Shown: one piece after another, positions 192,183 through 206,109 of the stretch
How positions within the stretch are numbered: the stretch's first letter is position 1
Layout: every line of letters begins with the position of its first letter
NCBI RefSeq assembly: GCF_000400465.1
Contig: NW_008806284.1
Span: 20,001 to 268,000 of the forward strand
Direction of reading: 5' to 3'
DNA length: 248,000 nt
DNA from: Wallemia ichthyophaga EXF-994
Taxonomy: Eukaryota; Fungi; Basidiomycota
Program-made: the position numbers and the translations under genes
Notes under the pieces: generated by a model
Seen by the model: the letters and a program-made list of their open reading frames with translations, nothing else
The model's database searches: none
What the model was told of the DNA's origin: nothing

Positions 192183-193084
192183 CCGTTCTTTGGGTGTTTT
192201 CCCACTTACGTTTTCTTTTTTCTTGTTTATTCATTTGCCTTGTTATTATAACACTCCTCTGTTCTCTAATTATTCCCTCCACGCTGCTTTCATTTCCCGC
192301 TGCACTGCAAAATCCTCGGCTGGAATGCTTCTCAAGCTTATCATACGCAGTATATCCGTTACCAGTCACAGCTCGCTCTCACTCACTCTCTCGCCCTCTC
192401 TCACCATGTGGAGACGCTGGTGGAGGCGTGCCTGACTTCCTATCCCGCCCCAACGCAATCTAACGCAATCACAGACGTGTTGGAGGCATGTAGCACACTC
192501 CACACTACCTGAGCTGACCATGAGCCTGAGCGTATCAGTAGCTCTGTCGTTGCACAACATTCTCCACGCGTTGTGCCATCTTTGTCTTGCAGCCGCGAGT
192601 GCCTTTTAGCAACTACAAATACACATATACTCCCTTTTCCACCTCAACACCGCCCAATGGCCACTTTTTCCTTACAGTCGACATTGAGTCCAGTAGTCCA
192701 GTGGAAGCCGTCCAATTTCACGTGTCCTTACGCAACATGCGTTGTGAAGGATTCTTACGTGTGTTGTGTGTGTTATTAGGTCTTTATCTGTTCAAACAAC
192801 CGAATCACACCATTGAATCGCGTGCCTGCCCTATTATCTGCCCATTTGAGCTCGTTGGAATGATGCTGATGCGGCTGTCACAATAGCAAGCTCAATGACG
192901 TGTTCGTCACAACACTGTAATCACTGCAGACCACGCCAGATTTGGGAAATTTGGAGCACCTAGCTGTTCGAGGAGGTCGAGGGTGCTTCTATTGCGACTG
193001 GCTCTGCCCTATACTCGGTACCGTTCCAGCCAGACAGGTATATCTCAAGAGAGAAATTCGGAATATATAGATGCACACTCATCA

Positions 193085-193420
193085 TATCCCGCTTTCTGAG
193101 ATTCCAACGCAGCCTTGACCGCTTTCATACACCCATTATACGAAATTTCAAACTGCACCTGATCGACCCAAAACTCCGATTTCAGAGTTTGGCTGACCCC
193201 CTCTTTTCTCTGCATAAATAGCTTTTAAAAGGTATAAAGTGAGGTGAAACAGCAATGATTTTCTCCTGGTTTCGATTTTAAATCTTCTGGAAGCAACTCA
193301 AGTCGACTTGTCTGGGTGCGCAACACGCCTTTCGAGGGGTAAATACTTGAGCTTTTTGGAAACAAGCTGAAGCATATCAGCGGAGCCCTTGAATTATTTT
193401 GTATCTTCCTAATTGAAGCA
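193085..193420 (+). repeat. Diverged third copy of the ENA-flanking repeat family
   Basis: TGCACCTGATCGACCCAAAACTCCGATTTCAGAGTTT...TTTTCTCTGCATA aligns with the repeat start and with 198340-198402. Confidence 0.6.
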
Positions 193421-193715
193421 TCGGTATGTGGCGGTATTTGCACGATAGCTTGCTCAATGACGTATACGTCACAGCACCAAAACGATTAGCAATATAAACG
193501 TTCTTGGTTTCGTCATGTAGCGAGCAACTGTGTAAATAGGAGACAGGTAAGCTTTTCATAAATAGCCCAGTGATTTTTTCTGTCCTAGTTCAATTGCATG
193601 TGTCATTGTGAAGGAGTAGTGTAGTAGCTAAAAATATCTTAGCGTAGTAAACTGACTTCTGCAATTTCAAATTGGCCTCAAATCCCCCTTATCATGATAA
193701 GTCGATTTTCCGAAA

Positions 193716-194139
193716 TGCACCTGGTCAAGCCAAACCCCCCTGATTTCGGAGTTTTCGATGACACCCACTTTTCTCTGCATACCTCTGTTTTTCCAAGCGT
193801 GAAGTGAGCGAAATGGCAAAAACTTTTCTTTGGTGCCAACTTTGAGTCGTGTAGACGCTACGCAACATAAAACGTTTTTCGCGTTTATAGGGCCAAATAT
193901 TTGAGATGTTTGGGTGCTTGCGATCTCTATAAATCAAAATGACTTGCTTTAATCGATTGAGCGCGTTATTCTCTCATTGTCTTGTTTATTTCGTGCTCTA
194001 AAGCAATTTAGATTTATTCCTTCCGATCAGCTTGCAAGGCGCGATAAGGAGCGCCAAGGATACAAGTTTGGCAAAGTCATATTCATTTCAATCATAGCTT
194101 CCAATAAAGCTATTTAATTTGGAGATCATCAATAGTCGT
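193716..194139 (+). repeat. Direct repeat, left copy (about 420 bp)
   Basis: Same sequence as 198403-198823; differences seen only in the first ~35 nt. Confidence 0.95.
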
Positions 194140-194642
194140 TAGTCTTTCAGCCATATTGAGATGGCAGACGTCGAGGAAATCGGATATAGACGACAAAGAT
194201 AGCTCTGGGGTCCTCGGAATCCCATGAGAGTAATTGTCAAGCTATATTGCATGCAACGGGAGACGTTCATACCAAATTAATTGTTGCAAGGGTGTTAATC
194301 TGGCAAAAGTCTCTTCAATCAGTCAACTCTACCTTCAGATCCAATCCATTTGCCATCGCTTCGTTTTACTCCGGTCTTCATATTCCTGAAACATGCCAAG
194401 AATGCTCGGCACGCGCTACCCACTCACCACCAATAAGCCCAGCATTACAGCAAAGCTATAGGAAATGCTACGACTAAATACCTGAAGGCTGCTTTCTTCG
194501 AAATTTCACCACTTTAATTTCGCAAGCGTGCGAATAACCTGAATGATCTCCTCCAATACAAGTACCTCATCAACTGCCGAGAGCTATAAAATTTATAAGC
194601 AAAATTAAAATGCGCTCACTCCGCGAGTCATTCTCATCAACA

Positions 194643-197600
194643 ATGACAATGTTTTCAAACAAACAAACTGAAAAGTTCTCATCTACTGAAAAATCTGATC
194701 AAAGTGGGTATCGCGCGGGGTTGCTGCCGCATAGCTAAAGTTATCATACAGCTCCAGCTCATGTGAGAGACTCGTCCGACATTCTCCATGAACACAGCGT
194801 CGATCCTTTACTGGGCCTTTCTTTCGACAGGGTCGATCAACTGCAGAAAGAATTCGGTCCTAACAGACTGAGACCTCCGCCCAAGCCATCTTTACTAAAG
194901 ATATTCGGTACGCAGCTCGGTAACGCTGTAAGTCTTATTGTGATATCATCTCATAATCTCACATGTCGTCATTGCAGATGACACTGGTTCTGATAGCTGC
195001 AATGGCTGTCTCTTTCGGTACACAAGACTGGATCGAAGCAGGAGTTATTGCTGCTCTCGTTATTCTCAACGTCACTGTCGGATTTACCCAGGAGTGGAAG
195101 GCTGAAAAGACAGTTGCTGCCCTAGAAAGCGTGAGTGCTTTGGTCCGTACAAAATAGCCACACTCTGACTTACAAATTCAGGTCGGAAGTCCTGTCGCTG
195201 TTGTTGTACGCCACGATGCTTCAAACAAAGGTCGTGAAGGAAAAATTATCGATGTTCAAACCGACGAAGTAGTTCCAGGTGACATTATGATGGTTAAAAT
195301 CGGAGATATCATTCCTGCTGATGGGAGAGTTATTGACAATCACATCTCCAACCTGGAAGTAGACGAAGCCTTGTTGACAGGTGAATCACTACCAGTCTCT
195401 AAGCAAACTGAGACCCTCGATGACAAAACATGCCCGGTTGGTGATCGTATTAATATGGTTTTCTCCGGTAGTCAAGTGACAAAAGGCAGGGCTAGATGCG
195501 TAGTCACCTCGATAGGGATGAAAACTGAGCTCGGTGCTATATCCGAGGCTTTGGCAACGAAAGCTGATTCTAAGAAACGCGGCTGGAGAAGATTTTGGGA
195601 GAAGACCCAAGTTTTCTTAGGTGTTAAAGGTACAACGCCACTTCAAATCAAATTGAATAAGTTAGCTTATTTACTACTGGTATTAGCAATCATATTCGCC
195701 ATCGTCGTCGTTAGTTCGACTGGATACGTCGACATCCCAGATTCTACCGCAACTTACGCAGTCGCTACTGCTATTTCTCTTTTACCTGCTTCGCTCATTG
195801 CTGTAGTGTCGCTTACACTTGCAACATCTTCGAGAGAGCTAGCTAAGAGGAATGCATTGGTTCGTAAGATGGACGCTATTGAAACCTTGGCAGGGGTAAC
195901 GGATATCTGTTCAGACAAGACCGGTACAATCACTGTTGGAAGAATGGTTCTGAAGAAGGCCTGGGTACCTTCACGTTTTGAAGCACCGGATACCAAAGTT
196001 GGACAAACCTATGCCGTCGAATCGGGTAAAGATCCTTACTATCCAAGAGGCACAATACAAGCACAGGATGATAATGACGACGACAATGAAAGTGGTATAT
196101 CAGATAGCGATGCCGTTCATGTGAATGAATTGGATTCTTCATTCCAGGAACTCGTTCAATCGGCTGCACTCAACAATATGGCAACAATTTCAGCTAGTGA
196201 CGAAGGAGGGGACTGGGATGCTCAAGGAGATCCAACGGAAATCGCTTTACAAGTCTTCTCTCACAAGGCTGGCCACGGTAAACCTCACTTGACTCATCCA
196301 CCTAAACACAGAACAAAGAAGGAAGATCATCCTGCACCTAAAGCCGATGTAGACGGTCACTTTGAGATACTAATCGAACATCCCTTCGATTCATCTATAA
196401 AGAGAATGACTACCGCATGGAAGTTGGTTGGTGCTCAGGGCGGTGACGACGATGATTCCAAGCAACATATTTTCATTTACATGAAGGGTGCAGTCGAGAG
196501 GGTGTTAGAAAGATGTACACATGTTTCAATAGGTGATAAATCAATAGAGATGTCAGAGGAAGCCAAAGATGACATCATCAAGAAGATGGACCAATTAGCA
196601 GCTGAGGGTTTGCGTGTTTTGGCTCTGGCTGGAAGAACAGACCGTCTTTCAAATGCCCAGACTGTGAAGGAGACTAAAAGAGATGATGTAGAAAATTGTT
196701 TCGGACTGTTAGGCTTAGTTGGTATATTTGATCCGCCAAGACCTGAGTCTAAAGGGGCTGTCTACGATTCAAGACGCGCTTCGATAGTTGTGAGAATGCT
196801 TACAGGTGATCATGCAGCAACAGCTGCATCCATCGCAATGTCAGTGGGCATTCTAGATAAGAATCACTCAAAATCTGCTGTAATGACTGGCCAGCAATTT
196901 GATGCAATGACTGATGAAGAGGTAGATGCACTTGAAGAACTCCCCGTTGTGGTAGCGAGATGTGCTCCTGAAACTAAGACTGGATTCGTTGATGCCTTAC
197001 ATCGTCGCAAACGTTTAACTGTTATGACCGGTGATGGTGTGAACGATTCACCTGCATTGAAGAGAGCCGATGTTGGAGTCGCAATGGGACTTAATGGCTC
197101 AGATGTTGCAAAAGGTGCTGCCGATATCGTATTGGCAGATGATAACTTCTCAACTTGTGTTCGTGCAGTCAGAAAGGGTAGATCAGTTTTTACGAACTTA
197201 TCAAAGTTTCTGGTCTACTTGCTAGCTAGTAATGTGTCTGAAGTCTTGGTTTTACTCGTTGGATTAGCTGTTCGTTCTGATGGCGATGCTGTCTACCCTA
197301 TTTCACCAGTCGGTGCACTGTAAGTGGAGAGTATGCTATGTGGATTGTCTGACAAATATCAAAGCGTAATCAATACTCTTACTATTGGCCCAGTAGCTTT
197401 TGCTCTGGGTGTCGAGCCTACGGCAGATGACACTATGCTTCAACCACCTAGCAACTTCTTCACGATATTCACGCCTAGATGGTTTATGGATTTATTCGCC
197501 TTTGGAATTATGGCGGGTGCACTATGTTTTGCTAATTTCATTATTGTCATCTATGGAAGAAACGATGGCAATGAAGATGTTTCTGCAAGTTGCAACGAAG

Positions 197601-198107
197601 GTGCTGTCAATAGTGAATGTGAAGTGATATATAGGGCAAGAGCGGCAACATATGCCTCACTTTTGCTCATGCTGATGGTCCTAGCATTCGATTGCAAACA
197701 TAGTACTCGCAGGTAGGTAAATTGTAGTACTAAAGTCCTCATCCTAATAACCTATTGCAGCGTTTTCAAGATGAATCTACTAGACAACAAGCTTTTAATT
197801 TGGTCAGTTGCTCTGCTTTCGCTCAGTGTCTTTCCAGTTATCTACATTCCCGGTGAGGTGTATCTTCCTCTAACATCACATTCTCATATGATTATTAGTC
197901 ATTAAAGATCGCGTTTTTCAAGTTACTGGTATTGGCTGGGAATGGGGTATGATTGCGGCAACAGTTTTGGTTTACTTTGGTTACTTAGAAGTCTACAAAG
198001 CTATCAAGCGTTTGTATGAGAGAAGACTGATGAGAAATAGTGACCTGGAAAATTCAAATGGGAAGGAAATTCGAATGGCACCAACGATGGAGCCTAATAC
198101 TGTTTAA
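194643..198107 (+). CDS. ENA1: Na+/K+-exporting P2D-type ATPase (ENA)
   Basis: TGES, ICSDKTGT, GDPTE, MLTGD, TGDGVNDSPALK; TM4 IS.LPASL typical of ENA. Confidence 0.9.
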
Positions 198108-198402
198108 ATAAATTACACTATACTTATCGCTGACATAGTTGATATCTTCATGTCCACAGGCAGAGAGAGTAGGAGGCAATAAGTATCAATGTAAAGAAGC
198201 TTATTTTACCCTCTTGATCTGATTATGCGCGCTCATATCCTGATTGGCGTTGCGCAACGCTCTGTAATCGTTGAACCAATATTGGCATGTTGCGGGGATA
198301 GTGATTTGGAATTTCGAAATTATACATTCTTATTATAGGGACTTCTAAAATCCCAGCGCATCCTTAACCCCCTTCATACTTTCATTGCTTGACATAGCGA
198401 AT

Positions 198403-198823
198403 TGCATCTGGTCGAGCCAAACCCCGATTTCAGAGTTTTCGATGACACCCACTTTTCTCTGCATACCTCTGTTTTTCCAAGCGTGAAGTGAGCGAAATGG
198501 CAAAAACTTTTCTTTGGTGCCAACTTTGAGTCGTGTAGACGCTACGCAACATAAAACGTTTTTCGCGTTTATAGGGCCAAATATTTGAGATGTTTGGGTG
198601 CTTGCGATCTCTATAAATCAAAATGACTTGCTTTAATCGATTGAGCGCGTTATTCTCTCATTGTCTTGTTTATTTCGTGCTCTAAAGCAATTTAGATTTA
198701 TTCCTTCCGATCAGCTTGCAAGGCGCGATAAGGAGCGCCAAGGATACAAGTTTGGCAAAGTCATATTCATTTCAATCATAGCTTCCAATAAAGCTATTTA
198801 ATTTGGAGATCATCAATAGTCGT
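198403..198823 (+). repeat. Direct repeat, right copy (about 420 bp)
   Basis: Same sequence as 193716-194139. Confidence 0.95.
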
Positions 198824-199352
198824 ATATCATCTGAGGTGGTAGAGGAGAATTCCAAGTTGGTGGGTATTGAGCGGAGGGTTGAAATGAGGATGCATTTGGA
198901 ATGCTGAAGCTGCAAAGGAAATAATGGTCTTGCTAAATTGTTGAAATTGTGAGTATATGATATGATATTTCCGCGTTTGTCTTCTCACTAACTTGGTAAT
199001 TTCCGGTTACCTTCAGCAGATCTAAATCAACAAAAATGGTTCATGATTTTGCAAGCTTCTGATATTTCTAACAAAAAGTGCTCAAAGCTCAATGTCATCC
199101 CACAATCACATCTTGAAGTCATCAGATATGTAGACACGATTTCCAGTTTGAGTGTTTGTGGGGTTTAACTTGAGGAATAGCTTAGTTCTATGTCCAAGCA
199201 CTTCTTAATTTTGAAACTGAGCGGAGGTAACGAAGGAAGAAGGCAGATTCAAGGCACAAAAAGGGATGAAAAGCACGAAGCAGCAGCCGGCTGGTAAACA
199301 ATCAAAATGATATTATTGTACATGGCCATCTGTATAAAAGTTAATTATTGTT

Positions 199353-200081
199353 TTAAATGAAACAACTGAAGTGCAAAACAAGGGAGATGGAAATAGTAGC
199401 GACAAAGGCGACGACGTGGGAGTGATTGTAGCCATTTGCATTTGATGTCTCAGAATCTAAATTGACTTCATCCTGTTTAGATCCACCACCGTTCTTGATT
199501 TTCTCTTCAGCCGCATCAGATGCAGGGTAGTTGTGATGCAAAGGCAGAGTATCTTGATCGATAGGACCTTCTCTAAGTGATCCGATACCCCATGGAGTAT
199601 CCTTTCCAGATTTAGGCTGGGTTTCGTGGGAAGGTGGTTCAGAATCGCCATTTTCACCTGTAATGGTAAATCTAGTCGACCATGCTTTGTCGGTTGCATT
199701 TTCAGAGTTGTAGAATTGCAAAAAGTAGATTTGGGAGTGTGGGGTGACTGTGTCTGGGAGTGTCCAATTTATTTTGCCCTGGTCCTTGTTTGGTACGCTA
199801 ATATTTTCTGCAACTTTGCCAACGAAGACCTGAGCGGTAGGTTAGAGTAATGTTGACAAGGTGATACCAGAACTCACCGTGTACAAATCAGGACCAGTCA
199901 TCAAATCAATAGAGAATTTATTCCATATTTCCGCTTTGTTTTCAGTATCGACATCAAATTTAATGGTCTGGTTGGATCCGACGGCCCATTTCGAGTCTGG
200001 AGAAGGTTCGGTGGGTAAGACTTTCGCTAAGACATTCGTTGAAAGAAGAGCAAGTAAAAGGTTTAGACAAAAGTATAACAT
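199353..200081 (-). CDS. GPI-anchored Kre9/Knh1-N-like protein
   Basis: Signal peptide, PTEPSP...W..G..I.LMTG, FFLQF, AWSTRFTI, hydrophobic tail. Confidence 0.75.
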
Positions 200082-200150
200082 GGTTGGTGTATAAGAGATA
200101 GCATTTCGAATATTGAGCAAGGTTTAGACTAAATCGGTAGATTGGAATGT

Positions 200151-201380
200151 TCAAATACTTGTAGATGACGTATGTGATGAGGCTTTGGTAGAAATATGTT
200201 TTACGAATGAGATAAATAGCTGAAAATCGAAGCCTTCGAGCCATCTAAAGTGTAGAGTGTTTGAATTGGGTTCGTGGCTCTCAATGGAAATGGATAGCTT
200301 CGTTGGATTAAAGTGAGGTGTGAGGGGGTTAGTAGCAGCTCTTCTAGAAGATCTTGACCATGAGTTGATCCCCATAATGATTACAAACACACTACCCTCA
200401 CTACGATGACTGATGTACACGCTTGATAGCTGATTGATTAAGGAGATCATCGCATCAAGGTTGATTGGGTGGTTGAGGTTGTGAGTGTGATGAGTGGAAG
200501 GTGGATTCAATTTGAATAGTGATTTGTTGTTCGATCTTGCTAGTGAGTTGTCCAATCTGTACGGCAAGAATGACCATGCTAGCAGCCACCTCAGTGTGTT
200601 ACCCCGATTAATAACGTTCAAAGCATAATTCGATATGTTGTGCTTATTCAAATATTTGATTAGGATTGATAGATTTGATTTTATGCCGATAAGTGTGGAG
200701 TACCAGACAACCTTGTGCTTAAGTTTGATCGACTGGTTTATGAGTTTTAAAATGAATCCAAGCTCACCGCCTTCTGTGTACAGCTCATTGGTAGATCCCA
200801 GATTCAGTCCACTCGGATGATTCGACTTGATATTCTGTCTACTAACCTGACCTGCATCGTAGAAAGGTGGATTCATTATCAAGAAATCAAATTGAGCGTG
200901 ATTGTCTGTTATTTCCGAGGGAATTAGATTGTTATCATCTCTATCTACACCAACCAGCTTAATCTTATCGTCCAAGTTGTTACGATCAATGTTGGAAGCA
201001 GCCAACTCTAGTGAGGAGTGATCGATATCGGTTGCATAAACCAAGCAATTGTCAAACAATCTAGCAGCTAGTATTGGATATATGGGGAGGTAACCAGTAC
201101 CGATATCGATCAAGTTGAACGTATCACCGGGGCTTACATGACTCCGCCATATACTCTTTATCCAATTCAGGTAGTCTAGTCTGTTGGGTATTGTAGGCAT
201201 GAGCTTGTTTTGCACTAGGCTAACTTGTAAATTAAAGTAAACCTTTAGTATAGCCAGTGTTAAGTGTTTTACAGACAATTCATCCTTGAAATTAATCTTG
201301 TTTTGTTTATTGACAAATGGCTTCAACTTGCTGTACCTTGCAGCCAGCCAATTAAAATCAATCTCATCCAAATTTACCAT
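200151..201380 (-). CDS. METTL16/RlmF-like adenine-N6 methyltransferase
   Basis: PTIPNRLDYLNW, DIGTG, MNPPFY, GGELGF, WYSTLIG. Confidence 0.9.
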   Translation of the reverse strand: MVNLDEIDFNWLAARYSKLKPFVNKQNKINFKDELSVKHLTLAILKVYFNLQVSLVQNKLMPTIPNRLDYLNWIKSIWRSHVSPGDTFNLIDIGTGYLPIYPILAARLFDNCLVYATDIDHSSLELAASNIDRNNLDDKIKLVGVDRDDNNLIPSEITDNHAQFDFLIMNPPFYDAGQVSRQNIKSNHPSGLNLGSTNELYTEGGELGFILKLINQSIKLKHKVVWYSTLIGIKSNLSILIKYLNKHNISNYALNVINRGNTLRWLLAWSFLPYRLDNSLARSNNKSLFKLNPPSTHHTHNLNHPINLDAMISLINQLSSVYISHRSEGSVFVIIMGINSWSRSSRRAATNPLTPHFNPTKLSISIESHEPNSNTLHFRWLEGFDFQLFISFVKHISTKASSHTSSTSI

Positions 201381-201411
201381 TGTTTTATGTAAAGAAATTC
201401 AATAATCATAT

Positions 201412-202515
201412 TTAATGCTTAACAAGACAAAGGACATCCTCATCTTCTAATATATGGTCTAATCCGACCTTTTGACCTCTTGGATGTTTAGATGACTTGC
201501 CCCAAACAACGGCGTACTTGAGTTGCTTTGCGATTTCCTTGTGAATTGCATGTGCAAAGTGCTCAACAGTACATCTACCCTTTCTCAAAACAACTGGTGC
201601 CGTATAGTCTGGTGCTCTACCTTTGGGTCTTGTGTAAACTCTAACGAGCTGCAATCTCTGCCACATAATATCAATCAATTCATCAACGTTTAACCATTGT
201701 GACGATGAGATTGGAACAGAGTTTGGAATTTGATAGAGAAGATCCAATTCTTCAATTGAAATTGCATCAATCTTGTTTAAACAGTAGATGCAAGGGATGT
201801 ATACTCGGTTACCTTCAACAACATCAATCAGCTGGTCAACAGAGATATCCTCCCTAATCATAACATCGGCATTAGGTATTTTGTACTCTGACAAAACAGC
201901 CTTGATCTCTTCAGGTTCAATCTTTGTGAGTGGTACAGTGTTTGTGATAGCTATACCACCTTTTTCCTTCTTCTTTACTGAAATGTTTGGTGGTGATTGA
202001 TTTAGTCTAATACCGAAACCTTCCAATTCCCTTTCAATGACGCCCTTATCGTTTAATGGCTTCAATACGTCAAGTACAATGAAGATCAAGTTGCAAGTTC
202101 TTGAAACCGCAATGACTTGTCTACCTCTACCCTTACCATCTTTGGCACCTTCAATGATACCCGGCAAATCCAAAACTTGAATAGGTGCACCAAAAACATT
202201 CATTGTACCGGGAACAGTTGTAAGAGTAGTGAACTCGTAAGCAGCTGTCTCAGAGTGTGTGCCAGTTAATTTGGACATTAAAGTTGATTTACCAACTGAA
202301 GGGAAACCAATGAAACCGACTGAAGCTAAACCAGTCTTTGCAACATCGAAACCAACTCCAGGGCCACCACCACCAGAGGAAGAAGGAGTGAGAAGTTCCT
202401 TCTTGTATTTACTGAGCTTAGCTTTTAGCTGACCCAAATGGTAATTTGTGTTTTTATTCTTTTGAGTTCTAGCCATCTCATCCTCGATATCCTTAATCCT
202501 TTGTACCGTACTCAT
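201412..202515 (-). CDS. RBG1: DRG-family GTPase Rbg1
   Basis: [28 protein letters not shown] domain. Confidence 0.95.
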   Translation of the reverse strand: MSTVQRIKDIEDEMARTQKNKNTNYHLGQLKAKLSKYKKELLTPSSSGGGGPGVGFDVAKTGLASVGFIGFPSVGKSTLMSKLTGTHSETAAYEFTTLTTVPGTMNVFGAPIQVLDLPGIIEGAKDGKGRGRQVIAVSRTCNLIFIVLDVLKPLNDKGVIERELEGFGIRLNQSPPNISVKKKEKGGIAITNTVPLTKIEPEEIKAVLSEYKIPNADVMIREDISVDQLIDVVEGNRVYIPCIYCLNKIDAISIEELDLLYQIPNSVPISSSQWLNVDELIDIMWQRLQLVRVYTRPKGRAPDYTAPVVLRKGRCTVEHFAHAIHKEIAKQLKYAVVWGKSSKHPRGQKVGLDHILEDEDVLCLVKH

Positions 202516-202704
202516 TTTAAACTAATTTATTATGGTGGATGCTCACTCACAAGATTTGAATGAATACCTACGTCAGTTTCTAACTTTAAATAAATATAAA
202601 TTAACATTTAAAACAAAAACTACATTTTTAAATAAATTACTATAATATCCGCTGATCTCTGCTTCGAGCTATAAAATTTTCAATTTTCCTTCAAGACTAT
202701 GCTT

Positions 202705-204572
202705 TTATCCTGCTTGATTTGGTTGATTTGGTTGACCTGCTTGAACCGTTTCAGCCATTTGATTCGATTGTGCTGGTTGAACTACTGGGGCATGAAGAGG
202801 CGTCATTGACATAAAGCTGTGAATTGATTTTCCATTTGAATTGTTGCCCGGCGACTGTGGTGGACTTGCCCCAGCGCTGTTTGTCGCAGAGTTTGTCTGA
202901 CTATTAGGCAATGACCTTATCGCACTCTGCATAGGCGTTGATGAACTACCACTGATACTACTGCTTGGACTTGGATGGACGGGTTGAGGTGGCGACCTTA
203001 GTATCTCCTCTATCTTGTTTCTATTATCTAATGGCAGCGCTGGAGGTGGATTCGCATAACCCATCTCCTCCGTACCACCCATGGTCGAGCTCGATGTCGT
203101 TGACTGCGCTAACGGTGGTAGTCTAAAGTTGGTAAAGTGTACTGGAGAGCTTGCTCTGCTGACGTTTGGTGAATTGTGTGCTGATGTCGATGGTGTTCCT
203201 CCTCTGGAATTTAGATTGAAATAACTTGGCGTTGGATACACTCCCGTGCTTGTTTGATTTGGAAATAGGTTGAGCGATCTTAGTGGGCCCAGTACAGGTG
203301 AACTTGAAGGTGTAAACTCTATGCCGCCAGGAACAACAGGATAAGCACCTAAATTCTGCTGTATAGAACTCTGTTGCTTTGTAGGATTAAAAGTAGTTGT
203401 TTTTGCATCCTCTGTATCACTAAAGTCACTCTCTGCAGAACTAACAGGGCTAACTGTCTGTGACTGCTCTGCGGAGGAGGTATTGAAGGAAGCATAAGGA
203501 TGATAATTATGTCTATGGGTTCTAAGATGTGGAGGTTCAGTGAGAGTGTGCTCTCGTGCACTTAGAGTGCTAAGTTGATCACCTGAATAACTTTTATGGA
203601 AAGGCATAGAGGAGGTTGAAGGGGTAGTAAAAGAAGGTTGAAGTTGTGGCTGCATTTGATAAATGTTACCTTTGTTACCCTTCATCCGCTTAGATTGCTG
203701 TTCCATCTGTCTACAATCATCATGATCGCAGTTTATGTCATCGTTGAGACTAATCGCCGCCTGATTAAAGTCAGGATGATGACAACGAATTGGTTCTTGA
203801 GGTTGTTGATGTTGTTGCTTTAGGTTATAAGGCATATTATAGCGTTGTGCAGGAGGATTGAGGAAATTGAATTGATTGTTGTAAGGATTGAAAGAGGTGT
203901 TTGGAGAGCTTGAAGTGGAATTTGGCTGTGAGGAGATACCATCCTTGAGTTGCCTATGACGATATTCGTATTCAGCTCTTCTTACAGCTTCTTCTCTCTC
204001 TAATTCGTATAATTGATCAGCAGCTGCGGCGGCAAGAGCAGACATTTCATTAGCCGGCTGATAAGGAGTTGGAGGAAAAGAAGAAGTAGAAGAGTAAGCG
204101 TATGGGTTGAATTGGAGGGTAGGATTTGGGGGGATTGAGAGTGGATTAGCTTGTGCAGGGTTTTGAGTGCTGGGAGCTGATTGGCTGGGAGTAGCAGCGG
204201 AGTTAGCAGTAGCATTAACACTACCGCTACCGCTGCCACCGCCATTGCCATTCAAAGCCCTTTTACCTCTACCTTTAGGATTTGAATGAGTGCGCAGGTG
204301 CCTCGTAAGTTCATCTGATCTACTGAATCTTTTATGGCAGCCAGGGTGAGAGCATTGATGAGGCTTTTCACCTGTATGAGTTCTAATATGCCTAGTCTGT
204401 ATAAATCCAGTTAACGGCTTATCTAGTGAATGATATACGGCCAACCAACCTGATGCTCCAAACGATAAAAAGCTCTATCACATAAAGGACACTTGTAAGG
204501 CCTTGGAATTTTGGATTTATCGACGTTAAGCGCTTCCTCGATTTGCTTTAATTTATATTTTTCATTTGACAT
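202705..204572 (-). CDS. creA: CreA/Mig1-type C2H2 carbon-catabolite repressor
   Basis: Spliced [19 protein letters not shown]|[13 protein letters not shown]...[11 protein letters not shown]; TPSSSP. Confidence 0.88.
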
Positions 204573-204602
204573 GTTATGGTTGAGGTACAACAACAAGATA
204601 AT

Positions 204603-205180
204603 TTAATCAACGGCCGTTCTCTTCTTAGGGTTGACTGCGTTGGCTGTGTTGGCTGCAAAGCTCACATCCCCGTTATCTCCAGCAGGTACGGCCGCTTTCA
204701 AATGTCCCCAGCCGCCTCGGCCGCTATCATACTCCTGTCGGTATTCATCTCGGACTTGACCACCGGATCGACCACGTCCAAATTGACGACCATCTCTATA
204801 ACCTTGTGCATCTAAATCACACCTAATCATTCTCTCATCGAGTTTTGTACCGTTTATATACCTTAAAGCTTCAACTGCCTCTTGATGCGTATAATATTCA
204901 ACAAACGCAAATCCACAGGGCGTTTTAGTATTCCTATCTAATCCCATTATTATTCTCTTTATACCCTGTCCACTAGCCACTCTGCCGAACAACTCATATA
205001 TCTGTTCCTCTGTCGTGTAGAATGATAGATTCCCGCACTAAAATACATTATAAATATTAATATACTCATTTTCACACACTCACATACAGCGTCGTTGACC
205101 TATCAAGCATATCCCTCTGCTTCTCCGGGTCAATACTCGAACGCGTATCTTTATACGTTGAAGGTCCATCTAGGGGCTGT
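204603..205180 (-). CDS. CBC2: Nuclear cap-binding protein CBP20
   Basis: [37 protein letters not shown]. Confidence 0.93.
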
Positions 205181-205392
205181 ATAATTGAACTCATACTGTT
205201 TATTTGGTTATTCTAATTATCCAATTGATCGACGTTGGTTGTGTGTGTTTAAGTGGTGTATTATGATTTTTCTGTTTTACTTGACAATTAATAGCCAGCA
205301 GCTATAAATTACTTGTCACTAGTATTTTTATATTTTGCTTGAAATTTAAAGATCTGTTGATCAAGAACTGCCATCCACACGATAACAAACCA

Positions 205393-206077
205393 TGTCTAGT
205401 CCGTCAACAGTACAATACCTGCTTCACCTAACATTTCCTCAGAATTAACCTATAGGCTATCAAATATCCCACACACAGCCACTATCAACGATGTAAAGAG
205501 AGTTATTGCTAGATCAACTAATATCAATCAAATCTCAGCGGATAATCATTTTATAAGTGGGTTTGCTACTATCCACAATACTACTCACTCACCCATCACC
205601 ACAGCTTCTTTCAGAAGTTCAAAATTCCCAAACTATCCAAACACAGCGACAATCAAATTCCTAAATCCAAAGCCAGCCGAGAATTTGAGGAATTCTTTAA
205701 AGACTATAAACACTCTCACTCTATCAACCTCTCAGATCAAGTGCCTACCTTTAGATAAGCCTAGCCAAGAAGACGTTTCTTTGACTCACTTTGAACCAGC
205801 AACCCACCCAGGCCAAATCGTTGTCTTGTCTGGTTTGCCTGCTAAAATCAACTCATTTGATATCCAATCCTATCTCAAACCTTATTATCTCGATAACTCC
205901 CCTAACTCCTCGGATCCCATCACCAACATACGCATTCCCTCCGATAAGTTCAGCAGCACCTCCAAATGGCTCGTCAGGCTCAACTCTGTATCTGAAGCTC
206001 ATCGCTTGGTGCGCAACCTCAATCAATCCAGCTGGGTCGATTCACATTATACGATTAATGCAAGAATAATTTATTGA
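205393..206077 (+). CDS. Hypothetical protein
   Basis: Multi-exon ORF; RRM-like C-terminal piece (VVLSGLP...WLVRL..VSEAHRLVR). Confidence 0.45.
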
Positions 206078-206109
206078 TCCGTTATCCACATATATAGACA
206101 TACACTTTG

